From Candidatus Eiseniibacteriota bacterium (GTDB taxonomy: Bacteria; Eisenbacteria; RBG-16-71-46; CAIMUX01; VGJL01): 64,000 bases of DNA. Positions 9,696 through 19,564 of this stretch are shown in pieces; position 1 is the stretch's first letter, and each line of letters begins with the position of its first letter. A program made the translations under genes and the position numbers. The notes below the pieces were generated by a model. It did no database searches and was not told the DNA's origin. It was given only the letters and a program-made list of their open reading frames with translations. The stretch lies in NCBI GenBank assembly GCA_963792585.1, contig CAWBWI010000001.1:736001-800000 (forward strand). Reading direction: 5' to 3'.

Positions 9696-10685
9696 ATGGG
9701 TGCGCCGGATTCGATGCAGACCCAGCCGCCGGGACGGCCGCACGCACCGCGTCTCCGCGCGCGTATCTGGGTCTACCTGTCGATCGTGGTTGCACTGCTG
9801 GCATTCCGGGTTGTCCCGGGGTTGGTCAGTCGCTGGAGAACCTCCGAGGAGCTTCGCAATGCTCCCAAGACGCTCACGCTCGCGGGACTGGACCTCGCCC
9901 CCACGCTCATCCCGCGGATCGTCGACTCCTACCGCGTTCTCTACCCGCACATTGAATTCCAGATTCTGCCGGGAGGCACCCGGCAAGCGCTCGAGGACCT
10001 CTTCAATCTGCGGGCCGACGTGGCATTCACGAGCAGGCCGATGACAATCGATGAGCAAAGAATCGTGCGCGCCATCGGAGACACCGCGTTGTCTTTCCCG
10101 ATCGCCCTGGGTGGTATCGCCGTTCTCGGCGCGACTGGAATGCCCCCGGACTCGCTCCCGATCGAGCAGCTCCGACGAATCCTCCGTGGAGATCGCCCGA
10201 GCGATCTGCAGGTTCCGGAGCCGGATCACCTCTACGCGGCGGATCCGAATCTGGGACTCTGGACGGCACTTACGACCCAACTGGGTCTCCCGGACTCCAC
10301 CGGCGCGGCAATCTCCTGGCTCGCGAGCGATTTCGACGTCATCCAGGCCGTGGGAAACGATCGGGGCTCGCTCGGCTTCGTGAGCACGCTCGCGCTGCCC
10401 GCGGACCTCGATCGGCGCGGCGTGCGTCCGATCGGCCTCCGGGGCGAGCAAACCTGGGAGGCCGCGACCCTGACCGAGGGTAACGTCGCCGGCGGGGCCT
10501 ATCCTCTCTTTCACTATCTGTACGTCTCCTGCCGGCCCGAGGGTGGACCGTTGGCCTCCGGGTTCGTCTCGTTTCTGAACAGCGGCAAGGGCCAACGTCT
10601 CGTCGAGCGGGAAGGATTCCTGCCGGCCAGGGCGATGCCTCGCGAGATCGAACTGGTGCAGAGACCGATCAGCGCGACCGGTTGA
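9696..10685 (+). CDS. PstS-like substrate-binding protein (PBP2 fold) with N-terminal anchor
   Basis: GGTRQAL...ADVAFTSRPMT..E, IALGGIAV, YPLFHYLYV, FVSFLNSGKGQRLVEREGFLP. Confidence 0.8.
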   Translation: MGAPDSMQTQPPGRPHAPRLRARIWVYLSIVVALLAFRVVPGLVSRWRTSEELRNAPKTLTLAGLDLAPTLIPRIVDSYRVLYPHIEFQILPGGTRQALEDLFNLRADVAFTSRPMTIDEQRIVRAIGDTALSFPIALGGIAVLGATGMPPDSLPIEQLRRILRGDRPSDLQVPEPDHLYAADPNLGLWTALTTQLGLPDSTGAAISWLASDFDVIQAVGNDRGSLGFVSTLALPADLDRRGVRPIGLRGEQTWEAATLTEGNVAGGAYPLFHYLYVSCRPEGGPLASGFVSFLNSGKGQRLVEREGFLPARAMPREIELVQRPISATG

Positions 10686-10711
10686 CATCCACGAGGAAGG
10701 GAGAGATCTAG

Positions 10712-12582
10712 ATGCTCAGACGTTCGGAACCCAGAAGGATCGGCCACCCCCGTGCCCGCGGTCTGGTGGTGTGGTTGGTCCTGATGTCGATTCCGCTCAT
10801 GGCATTCGCCGCGAAGAAGAGCTACCGGTATGAAGACGATCCCAATCGGCTCGGCATGAAGGCCGTCGATGAAAGTCGCTTCGATGATGCTCAGAAGTAC
10901 TTCGACGAGGCGATCGCAAATGAGTACCAGGTCTACAAGGCTCACTACGGTCTTGCCCAGATCAAGGCGATTCAGGGCGGCTATGGCGATGCGGAACCGC
11001 TCTACCGCCTGGCCCTGATGGAGAAGAACCAGGAGACGGGCTCCCCTGACTATCCGGAATGCCATGCGAGCCTCGGGCTCGTGCTATTGCGGCTGGGACG
11101 GGACGCCGAAGCGAAGCAGGAATTCGACCTGGCCCTGCGCGAGAAGGGGAACGTCTGGGAGGCCCAATACGGGATGGCCCGGGTGCTCATCCTCGAGCAG
11201 AAGTACGACGATGCGGCCAAGCTGCTGGAGAAGGGGTCGAAGAAGAAGGGGAAGCTCGACGGCGAGGACTACTACCGGTACGGAATGGCGCTGGTGCAGA
11301 TGGCCCAAGGAGACCTTCCGGCGGCGGAGAAGAACGCCCTGGCCGCGCTCAACCTGAATCCGAGCGACCCGGACTATGGGACGCTCGTGGCGGAGATCTA
11401 CACCCAGCGGGGCGTTCCGACCCTTGCGATCGAGGCCTACGAGAAGGCTCTCGCAACACCCGGAGTGCGGATCACGGCGCCAATTCGCCACAGCCTCGGT
11501 CTCCTCTATCAGAAGGAAGCGATCACCAATCGCGATCAGGCCATGTTCGGAAAGGCGCGCGATCAATATCAGGAAGCGGCAAAGATCGACTCCACCTTTG
11601 CGCCCGCCTGGAAGGACCTTGCCGACCTCATGCTGCTGGCCAAGCGCTACGAGGATGCGGCGGGCGGCTACCTCCGATACAGCAACTTGCGGAGGGATGA
11701 CCCCGCGGGATTCCTCGGTTTCGCCGAGGCGGCGCTCAAGCTTCGTGGCTACTCCAAGCCGGCGTACGAGGCGGCGCAGCAGGCCTTCCGGCTCGACAGC
11801 ACAACGGTCCGCAGCAGGCTGATCCTGGCCCGTTCCGCTTTCCAGGCGAAGGACCGGGGGGCCGCGGCGCGGGTCTACGGAACGGTCACGGACTCCACGC
11901 AGTTCGAAGCAAACGACTACCTGGCCATCGGCCAGATGAAACTCGAACAGAAGGACTTCGCGGCGGCCGACCGCGCGCTCATGAAGTCGGTGGCGATGGA
12001 CTCGACTCTTGCCGACGCGTACTTCTCGCTTGGCTTGCTGGATCTCAATCAGCAGAAGCCGGATTCCGCGTTGGTGCACTTCCAGAAGTCCGTGGAGCTC
12101 GCGCCCAACAACATGGGCGGCTGGCTCAACAAGGGGATCGCCAGCTTGCAGCTGAAGCAGAACAAGGATGCCGTAGCTTCGCTTCGCAGGGCCACGCAAC
12201 TCGCTCCGGACTTTGCGCAAGCGCGCGTCTACTTGGGCAACGCCCTTCTACAGGTCGATTCCCTCACGGCGGCCAGCGTCGAATTCAAGGTCGCTAGAGA
12301 GAAGGACCCCAAAACCAGGGGGCTTTGCGGGGACTCGCTTTCTGCTACCTTAAGCGAGGCGACTACGGACAGGCTGTTTCCGTGATGAAGGATGCTACGA
12401 CCGCCGACCCCAGCAACGCTGACAATTGGATGATGTTGGGTCGGGCTCTCGTGGGGAACGGGAACAACGCCGGAGCGATCGATGCCTTCAAGAAAGTGCT
12501 GGAGTTGAAGCCGGACAACAAGGATGCGAAGGATGCGATTGCCATCCTGACCGGGGCCAACAAGAGCGCGGGCGGCAAGTAG
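10712..12582 (+). CDS. Secreted TPR-repeat protein, one frameshift at about 12311-12314
   Basis: Signal peptide and many TPR helices; adding one A to the A4 run joins DPK(N)QGALRGLAFCY in the ORF 12325-12582 frame. Confidence 0.85.
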
Positions 12583-12615
12583 GAAGCGTCGGACCAAGAG
12601 GAGAGGGTTGAAAGC

Positions 12616-12966
12616 ATGACCTTGGACGTGGAGAAGCGCGGCGATGTTCATATCCTCAAACCTCGAAAGGACCTGAGCGGCGGAGAGGAGACGAGGGAGA
12701 TCGAGAAGGCGATTCAAGACATCATCGCTCAAGGGCCGCCGCATGTCGTCATCGACCTAGGGAAGGTCTCCTATGTGAACAGCACCGGCCTGGGGTCTCT
12801 CGTAGCGGCACACACGAGTTGTCGAAACCGTGAGGGCTGGCTTCGGCTGGCACAGATCGGCAAGAGAATCAAGAACCTGTTCCTGATCACGAAGTTGGCG
12901 TTTGTTTTCGAGACTTTCGATAGCGTCGATGAGGCCATCGAAGGCAAGGACCGCGGAGAAAAGTGA
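12616..12966 (+). CDS. STAS-domain anti-sigma factor antagonist
   Basis: VVIDLGKVSYVNSTGLGSLV with conserved phospho-Ser, LFLITKL..VFETFDSVDEAI. Confidence 0.92.
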   Translation: MTLDVEKRGDVHILKPRKDLSGGEETREIEKAIQDIIAQGPPHVVIDLGKVSYVNSTGLGSLVAAHTSCRNREGWLRLAQIGKRIKNLFLITKLAFVFETFDSVDEAIEGKDRGEK

Positions 12967-12992
12967 GCTAAGAGCTTAGCCGGAGGATTCAA

Positions 12993-13721
12993 ATGAAGGG
13001 TTACGTGTTCATCCCCATCCTGATCGTCTCGTTGCTGATCTCCCTGGCGATCTACCAGTACCTTTTGCCGGAGTTCATCAAGCTCGGCGGCTACCTTGTC
13101 CCGTTCCTCTTGATGCTCTCGATGCTCCTGCTCACGTTCATCGTCGAGAGGTTGATCACCTTGAAGAAGGCACAGGGACGCGGCGATTTCAGCGGGTTCT
13201 CCCGGGCCCTCAAGAAGTCGATCGACAGTGGGAAGATGGATGACGCCATCAATGTCTGTCGCAAGCAGGGCGGCTGCTTGGCCAATGTCGTGGGCGCCGG
13301 CCTCGAGCGCTTCAGCCAGTTGAGCAAGGCCAATCTCGAGAAGGACGAGGTCGTCGATGAGACGCGTCGCGCGATCGAAGAGGCCAACGCCCTCGAAACC
13401 CCCTTGCTCGAGCGAAATCTGATCGCCCTCTCGACGATCGCCTCGATCGCGACGATGGTCGGTCTGCTCGGCACCACGATCGGCATGATCCGCTCGTTCA
13501 AGGCGATGGGGCACGCGGGCGCCCCGGACGCGATCCAGCTGGCGGTCGGGATCTCCGAGGCGCTCATCAACACGGCCGGCGGCCTCATCATCGCTATCCT
13601 CGGAATCATCATGTACAACTTCTTCACCAACAAGGTGGACAGCTTCAACTACCAGATGGATGAGACTTCCTACGAGGTGATGGAGCTCCTGCGGCACCAG
13701 AAGGAAAGGGGCAATGTCTAA
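12993..13721 (+). CDS. exbB: MotA/TolQ/ExbB proton channel protein
   Basis: LSTIASIATMVGLLGTTIGMIRSF, GISEALINTAGGL. Confidence 0.92.
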   Translation: MKGYVFIPILIVSLLISLAIYQYLLPEFIKLGGYLVPFLLMLSMLLLTFIVERLITLKKAQGRGDFSGFSRALKKSIDSGKMDDAINVCRKQGGCLANVVGAGLERFSQLSKANLEKDEVVDETRRAIEEANALETPLLERNLIALSTIASIATMVGLLGTTIGMIRSFKAMGHAGAPDAIQLAVGISEALINTAGGLIIAILGIIMYNFFTNKVDSFNYQMDETSYEVMELLRHQKERGNV

Positions 13722-14160
13722 GCGGCACGCCAAGCGGATCGCGGTCCGCATCGACATGACCCCAATGGTCGACGTGGCGTTCCTGCTGCTGATCTTCTTC
13801 ATGTCGACGACCCAGTTCAAGCCGCCGGAGGAGGTCGCCGTCGTCCTGCCGGCGTCGAGTTCGGAGATCAAGGTCCCGGAGACGGGAATCATCGTGATCA
13901 CGGTCAACAAGAGCGGCAAGATCTTCATCGGGGACGAGTCCGGACAGGCGGGAGAAGTGCCGAAGGACGACATCATGAACGCCATCGTCACGGCCCGCAG
14001 CCGCCGACCCACTGCGCGTGTGATCGTCAAGGGCGACAAGGATGCCCAATACGGCTTGATCGCCGACGTGATGGATGCTCTTCAGAATACGCAGACCAAC
14101 CGGTTCAACTTGATGACCGAGTTGAAGACCACGTCGGGTCCGAAGCAGAAGGAGAACTGA
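13714..14160 (+). CDS. exbD: Biopolymer transporter ExbD
   Basis: IDMTPMVDVAFLLLIFFM; IVKGDKDAQYGLIADVMDAL. Confidence 0.92.
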   Translation: MSKRHAKRIAVRIDMTPMVDVAFLLLIFFMSTTQFKPPEEVAVVLPASSSEIKVPETGIIVITVNKSGKIFIGDESGQAGEVPKDDIMNAIVTARSRRPTARVIVKGDKDAQYGLIADVMDALQNTQTNRFNLMTELKTTSGPKQKEN

Positions 14161-14164
14161 GCCC

Positions 14165-14659
14165 ATGGCGGGCATGGACGCAGCAGAACCTAAAGAACGG
14201 AAGAAGGGTTCGGGCTTACGGCGGCAGAAGCGGCGCGTCAGCATCCGAATTGACATGACGCCGATGGTCGACATCGCCTTCCTTCTGCTCATCTTCTTCA
14301 TGGTGACGACGGTCTTTCGCAAGCCCCAGGCGATGGAGGTCAACCTCCCGCCGGCCGGCGTGACGGTTCAGGTCCCTGAGTCGAACGTCATCACACTCTT
14401 CGTTCGGGCTGATGAGCGGATCTATTTCCGGAAGGCGACGGGGCCCCTGGAGTCGACGGCGATGAAGGATCTCGTGCAGTTCTTCACGGATGAGCACCGG
14501 CTCAACCCCGAGCTGATCGTCCTCGTCAAGGTTCATCGGGAAGCGCGCTATGAGACGATGGTCGACGTGATGGACGAACTCGAGCTTGCCGATATGAGCC
14601 GATTCAGCCTCGTGCCGATGCAGCCCGAGGATGTGAAGGAAGTGGAGGCTCTTCCATGA
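14165..14659 (+). CDS. exbD: Biopolymer transporter ExbD (second copy)
   Basis: IDMTPMVDIAFLLLIFFMVTT; ARYETMVDVMDEL. Confidence 0.92.
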   Translation: MAGMDAAEPKERKKGSGLRRQKRRVSIRIDMTPMVDIAFLLLIFFMVTTVFRKPQAMEVNLPPAGVTVQVPESNVITLFVRADERIYFRKATGPLESTAMKDLVQFFTDEHRLNPELIVLVKVHREARYETMVDVMDELELADMSRFSLVPMQPEDVKEVEALP

Positions 14660-15417
14660 CGAAGGCTCCGAAGACCTACGTCACCGGGTTCGAGCACGCG
14701 GAGCACCTACCGGTCACGGGAGAATTGCATCCACTTCGGATCAGGTCGCGGCGCTTCACATTCTGGGCGACCGGCGTTGCCACGGCGTTTCACCTCGTTG
14801 CCTTCGGCGGCTGGTTCATCGCCCGCAACATGCAGAAGGAACCGGAGCGCCCTCGTGAGGTCAGAATCGTGAAGTACACCGAACTCGGAGTGCCGCCCTC
14901 GATCGCTGCGGATGCACCCCAAGCTGTGCAGGTCGCCGCGGCGGTGGCGCCTCCTTCACTCGGTGTTCCGGAACCGGTGCCGGATTTCCAGGCAACGACC
15001 AGCACGATCGCGACCCAGGACCAGCTCGCCCAGATGTTGACCCCGACGAGTCTGTCCAACCTCGACGGCGGGGGAGGAGACTCCCTCGTGGTCGATATCC
15101 CCACGGGAGACGCCGGCGGAGACAACCCGTCTCCGGACGACTTCGTGGCCGTGGAGGAGATGCCCGTTCTGATCTCCATGCCGCCGCCTGTCTACCCTGA
15201 CATGGCGCGGCAAGCGGAGGTTGAGGGAACCGTCATGGTCCGCGCGTTGGTGGGTAAGGACGGGAAGGTCCAGGACGCCTTCGTGACCGAAGGCATCCCG
15301 ATGCTCAACGATGCTGCCGTCGCGGCGTCGAAGAAGGCGGTGTTCAAACCCGCCCTCCAGCAACACAAACCCGTCGCGGTTTGGGTCCAGATCCCGATGC
15401 GCTTCACTCTCAACTGA
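14656..15417 (+). CDS. tonB: Energy transducer TonB
   Basis: TM with His (ATAFH), Pro-rich linker, YPDMARQAEVEGTVMV...FKPA...PVAVWVQIPMRF. Confidence 0.92.
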   Translation: MTKAPKTYVTGFEHAEHLPVTGELHPLRIRSRRFTFWATGVATAFHLVAFGGWFIARNMQKEPERPREVRIVKYTELGVPPSIAADAPQAVQVAAAVAPPSLGVPEPVPDFQATTSTIATQDQLAQMLTPTSLSNLDGGGGDSLVVDIPTGDAGGDNPSPDDFVAVEEMPVLISMPPPVYPDMARQAEVEGTVMVRALVGKDGKVQDAFVTEGIPMLNDAAVAASKKAVFKPALQQHKPVAVWVQIPMRFTLN

Positions 15418-15444
15418 CCCTACGAATCCTCGTCAAGCTCTACG

Positions 15445-15478
15445 GGCCCCGAATCCAGACAGGATTCGGGGCCTTCTC
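15445..15478 (+). terminator. Intrinsic terminator after tonB
   Basis: GGCCCCGAATCC-agaca-GGATTCGGGGCC followed by TTCT. Confidence 0.7.
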
Positions 15479-15565
15479 CGTCGGTTGGATGGCTCGAAGC
15501 TCCATCGAGGCGTTGCGTCCGGCGCCGCAGCCGCATATGCTGTCGGCCCGAGAAGGGGGAGCCAT

Positions 15566-16111
15566 ATGTCCATCCTGATCGATGTCGGACTGGCCGCCGT
15601 GGTCGTCCTCAGCCTCCTGGCCGGGATCAAGACCGGTCTGGTGGACTCCGTGTTCTCTCTGGCCTCATGGGTCGTGGGGGGACTGGTCGCATTCCGAGCA
15701 TCGGCGCCCATTCTCTCGCACCTCCCGGACCGGTTTCAGGCGATCCCCGGGGCTGTCGTACTGACCGGCGTTCTCCTATTCCTGGCGACCTACTTCGTCA
15801 TCCGGAGCATCGGGACCCTCGCAAGCGGAAGTTCGAAGGGGGGTTCGAGTGGATTGGATCGATTCTCCGGAACCATCTTCGGCGTGGTGCGGGGGGTCTT
15901 CCTCGCTGCTGCGGTGGCCTGTTTCCTCGTCGGCTATCTTCCCCACGATTCCCGGATGATCCGTGGAAGCCGGGCCCTTCCGATCCTGGCGCCGGCGGGG
16001 CGCATCGTTGCCGGGCTCGCGCCCGGAGCGATCCGCACGCGCATGGATCGCGGCTGGGCCCGCCTCCAGGCCGAGCCCCGACCTCCGGCAGGTGGGGCGG
16101 TCGAAGCCTAG
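15566..16111 (+). CDS. cvpA: CvpA-family membrane protein
   Basis: IDVGL...GIKTGLVDSVFSL, LDRFSGTIFGVVRG, IRGSRALP. Confidence 0.85.
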   Translation: MSILIDVGLAAVVVLSLLAGIKTGLVDSVFSLASWVVGGLVAFRASAPILSHLPDRFQAIPGAVVLTGVLLFLATYFVIRSIGTLASGSSKGGSSGLDRFSGTIFGVVRGVFLAAAVACFLVGYLPHDSRMIRGSRALPILAPAGRIVAGLAPGAIRTRMDRGWARLQAEPRPPAGGAVEA

Positions 16112-17337
16112 GTTCGGTTCCCTGCTCCGGTCGGCGGAGTCGTTCGCGCCCGGAGATCCACGAAGCTGCGGATCATCGCGGCGGCCGGCACCGCGATGAC
16201 GACCCCGATCGGTCCAAGAACCGCGCCGAAGACGAGCACCGATATCAGCGTCAACGCCGGGTTCAATCCGACCGCGTGACCGACGATGCGTGGAGAGAGC
16301 ACCTGCCCTTCGATCACCTGTTCGACGGCGAAGACAATCGCCAAGCGCAGCAGGAGTGTCCCCGGCTCGGCGGAGAGGATGGCCGAGGCCACACAGAGTA
16401 CGACAACTGTCCAGAAGCCGAGCACAGGAATCAAGTTGAGCAATCCCGCCAGGAATCCCAGTGGAATCGCATACGGCAGGCCGATGATGAGGAACCCGAC
16501 CGTCAAGAGCACACCAACCGCGAGGGCCACGAGCACCTGCCCGCGATAATAGGCGCTGATCGTCCCCTCGATGATGCCGAACCATTCGGCCGCTTGCGCG
16601 CGCCGGTCGGTTGGAATCCGGTCCCGGATCCAGAGCGTCAGCTTGTCGAAGTCCGCAAGCATGTAGTAGGTGAGGATCGGGGCCAGGACCGCCATCGCGA
16701 GGACGCTCAGCACCGCGCCGATTCCCTTGGTAACTCCGGCAGCGCCCCCCCAAACCCCTTTCAAGATCGTCTCGAGGTGCCCCGAGACGGGCCTGAGCCA
16801 TGTCGTCAGGTCGGGTGCCTGCGAGTCCGGGATGAAACGGGAAATGAGGGGAAGCAAGCGCTCGTAGGCCGTGTTGAGAGCGCCGGGAAGCGCCCGGAAG
16901 AGGGTCCCCAGCTGCTCGATCATCGGGGGAAGCATGAAGAGCACGAAGACCGCGCCGATCACGAGGACCGGGAGAATGGCGATGAGGGAGCCGACGCTCC
17001 GAGGGACCCGCCGCCTCTCCAGACGGTCAACGATCGGGTCCAGCCAGTACGCCACGAGCAAACCTACCAGGAGGGGATAGACAACCATCCGCGACTTGTG
17101 GAGAATCCAGAGCGATCCAAGCAACCCCAGCAAGGCGAGGATCTGCCGGGCCCACGGCTGCCTGCGGGCAGGCCATGTGAGGGTCGCTGCCGCCGCGATC
17201 AGGGCGATCAGCCCCAGTTCGCGGAAGAGGGTCCAGAGCAGCAACAGCAGAACGCCGCCGATGAGCAAACCCGGGATGCTCAGGATCGTGGGCGGTCCCG
17301 ATGGGGACGAGTCAGGGGAGGGATGGTCCTGTGTCAT
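16108..17337 (-). CDS. AI-2E (PerM) family transporter
   Basis: AYWLDPIVDRLERRRVPR, YYRGQ, LNLIPVLG, QVIEGQVLSPRIVGHAVGLNP. Confidence 0.92.
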   Translation of the reverse strand: MTQDHPSPDSSPSGPPTILSIPGLLIGGVLLLLLWTLFRELGLIALIAAAATLTWPARRQPWARQILALLGLLGSLWILHKSRMVVYPLLVGLLVAYWLDPIVDRLERRRVPRSVGSLIAILPVLVIGAVFVLFMLPPMIEQLGTLFRALPGALNTAYERLLPLISRFIPDSQAPDLTTWLRPVSGHLETILKGVWGGAAGVTKGIGAVLSVLAMAVLAPILTYYMLADFDKLTLWIRDRIPTDRRAQAAEWFGIIEGTISAYYRGQVLVALAVGVLLTVGFLIIGLPYAIPLGFLAGLLNLIPVLGFWTVVVLCVASAILSAEPGTLLLRLAIVFAVEQVIEGQVLSPRIVGHAVGLNPALTLISVLVFGAVLGPIGVVIAVPAAAMIRSFVDLRARTTPPTGAGNRT

Positions 17338-17864
17338 TTCACTTCGTTCGAACCCGCGTCGACATAGCCCTGGCGAGCGCGCCGTGGCCGGAGGCGGATG
17401 CCCTCATCCTGCCGACGAACGATTATCTCTGGATGGCGACCGGTCCCGCGCTCGAAACCAAGAAGCTCGCCGGTGAGGAGGCCGAACTTGCCGCAGTTCG
17501 TCTGGGACCGATTCCGCCGGGCCAGGTGGTCATTGCCCCCGCGGGCTCTCTCCCGCTGGCCGGGATCATCCATACGGCCGTCATGGGTCAGGATCTGCAC
17601 GTCGACGGCCCGCTGGCCGCTCAGGCCCTGGCCCAAGCCGTGAAGCTTGCGGCTGACCGCAAGTGGAGCCGGCTTCTCATCCACTCGATTCAGGCGACCG
17701 GGCGCGGGACCCGTCCCGAAGTTCTTCGCGGGGCGCTCTCGGCCATCGTCGACATCTTCCTCGACGAGACCCCCGTGCGCAGCGTGACCCTCCTGGTTGA
17801 GAACGAGGCCGAGCGGTCCGTTCTCCACGAGGCGATGATGCGGCTCGTTCAGGGGCATCCTTAG
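17331..17864 (+). CDS. Divergent macro-domain protein
   Basis: GGGGAGGG RBS before GTG at 17331; ADALILPTNDYLWM, GPIPPGQVVIAPAGSLP..GIIHTAVM. Confidence 0.72.
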   Translation: MSFHFVRTRVDIALASAPWPEADALILPTNDYLWMATGPALETKKLAGEEAELAAVRLGPIPPGQVVIAPAGSLPLAGIIHTAVMGQDLHVDGPLAAQALAQAVKLAADRKWSRLLIHSIQATGRGTRPEVLRGALSAIVDIFLDETPVRSVTLLVENEAERSVLHEAMMRLVQGHP

Positions 17865-18619
17865 GTCCGCACGGTCATCGAATTCCCGAGCGCCGCCAGT
17901 CCCAATCGTACAAGCCACCAGACCACCCATATTCCGACGACCGCGGTTGTCGCCTTGCTCTTGGACGTACCGGTGACCACCTGCACACCCACGATGAGAA
18001 CCGCGATGGTCCAGATGTCGAAGACGCTCAGTACGCCCGCGAACTTGCGTCCGGCCGAATCCGCGGGGAAGAACGCTCCGGGGCCGAAGGTGATGTCCAG
18101 CTTCGCGGAGACGCGCGCGATGATGGTGAAGAGAACGCTCTCCACGGCGCGTGGCGCCCACCCAAGGCACCCGACGAACCAGAGCAGGGCGAACTTGGCG
18201 GTGCCTCCCATCATGAAATTGAGAACGAGGAGTAGGGCGGCGGCGAGAATAAGGTTCAACACCAGGACGCTCAGGACCGATCCGAGAAGCATCCAAATCC
18301 GTAGGGCGCCCGCGCCGCTGAACTTGTCCATGCGCTCGAGCGCCTGTTCCTTCTGCTCCGCGGACATCTGGGGATCGTCCTGGATCTTCGCCCGAACGCT
18401 GGACTGCTGTTCCTGGGTCTGCTTGACCACGAGGTCGTGGAGGAGCAGGCCGCTCGTGATCTGGACGAGGATCACGATGAGAAGGGGGACGAGCCAGGCG
18501 TTTCGGTTGGCCGGGAGCGCAAAGGCTCGCGGCGAGACGGCCAAGGCGCTGGTGAAGCGGGAGATCGGTGACGGTGGGGTTCCGCCCGCCCCCACGTCCG
18601 AAGGGTAACTGGATGCCAT
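17861..18619 (-). CDS. Yip1-family membrane protein
   Basis: SPRAF...WLVPLLIV, soluble MSAEQKEQALE loop, several TM helices, SVFDIW. Confidence 0.78.
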   Translation of the reverse strand: MASSYPSDVGAGGTPPSPISRFTSALAVSPRAFALPANRNAWLVPLLIVILVQITSGLLLHDLVVKQTQEQQSSVRAKIQDDPQMSAEQKEQALERMDKFSGAGALRIWMLLGSVLSVLVLNLILAAALLLVLNFMMGGTAKFALLWFVGCLGWAPRAVESVLFTIIARVSAKLDITFGPGAFFPADSAGRKFAGVLSVFDIWTIAVLIVGVQVVTGTSKSKATTAVVGIWVVWWLVRLGLAALGNSMTVRT

Positions 18620-18663
18620 GATGGGCCCTCCTGAGGCGCCGGCCCAGCCCGGCGCGCGGCCCG

Positions 18664-18692
18664 AGAATCCCGTTGAATTGCGAGCCTGTCAA
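18664..18692 (-). promoter_or_regulatory. Sigma-70-like promoter for Yip1 gene
   Basis: TTGACA-17 bp-GATTCT on minus strand. Confidence 0.5.
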
Positions 18693-18745
18693 TCGCTACT
18701 TGGGATTGGAGTTGGATGGACTAGAGAAGGTGACGTAATCGTTTG

Positions 18746-18773
18746 TTGACAAGTCGCCAGAAGGTGCGAGAAT
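18746..18773 (+). promoter_or_regulatory. Sigma-70-like promoter for the PEP-CTERM/EPS locus
   Basis: TTGACA-16 bp-GAGAAT with extended TGn. Confidence 0.55.
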
Positions 18774-18840
18774 TAGGAACAAGCCGCTCGAGCCCATATG
18801 CGGGGCATCTCCGACGGGGATGCGGCGAGGAGGCATCGTC

Positions 18841-19503
18841 GTGGCAATCACCTGGAGCAGGCGTTTCGCTCTATGCGTTGTAATATTAATGACCTCAACC
18901 AGCTGGGCGGGGGCTGCTTCGTTCTTCGACTTCTATGGTTTCGACTACTTGGATGGTCCGCCCCTCTCCGTCGGCACCGTGCTCTCCATCCCAATGTTGT
19001 TCGATCCTGTTCAACCGGATCCGGCCTTACCCCTGGATCTGGAAGGGAATGAATACACTGTGTTTGTCGGAGACCTCCAGATCAACGATGTCCAGTCCTC
19101 CGGAGGGGTCGTGATCGTGACTTTCTCGGGAGGCTTCATCCAGATCTTCGAGGACCCGGCGAAGAACTCACAGTGGACCATCGATCCGCCCAATCCGCAG
19201 GTCCCGACCACGTTCACAGACGGGACCCTGATCCTGGGAGGCGGCTTCACGGACTGCGTGATGATCTTCGACGTCGTATTCGAAACGGGGACTGTCCAGG
19301 GTCATGTCGACTTCACGACCGGGACACGTCTCGACGAACTCGATGCTCCGACCGGCTGGCTCTTCTACGGCGGGGTGACCACGAACCCCCTCGCAGGCAT
19401 CCCGTCCGGCTACGAGATGGCATGGGATCCGCAACTGATGGGTCCCGAGACTGTCCCGACGCACGCCACCACATGGGGCAAGGTTCGGGGGCTGTTCCGA
19501 TAG
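18841..19503 (+). CDS. Secreted protein, paralog of the next gene, ending in TTWGKVRGLFR
   Basis: GAGGAGG RBS, signal peptide, shared PPNP..P.TFTDG...LGG.F and AGIP.GYE blocks. Confidence 0.85.
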   Translation: MAITWSRRFALCVVILMTSTSWAGAASFFDFYGFDYLDGPPLSVGTVLSIPMLFDPVQPDPALPLDLEGNEYTVFVGDLQINDVQSSGGVVIVTFSGGFIQIFEDPAKNSQWTIDPPNPQVPTTFTDGTLILGGGFTDCVMIFDVVFETGTVQGHVDFTTGTRLDELDAPTGWLFYGGVTTNPLAGIPSGYEMAWDPQLMGPETVPTHATTWGKVRGLFR

Positions 19504-19564
19504 GGGCCGCTCCCGGGCGGACCTCCGACCGGAAGCGACTCGGCCAGAAGCCAAGGAGTATTCC

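Noticed and set aside
13753..14302. About 50-bp near-direct repeat
   Set aside because: It is the conserved DMTPMVD.AFLLLIFFM motif of the two exbD paralogs
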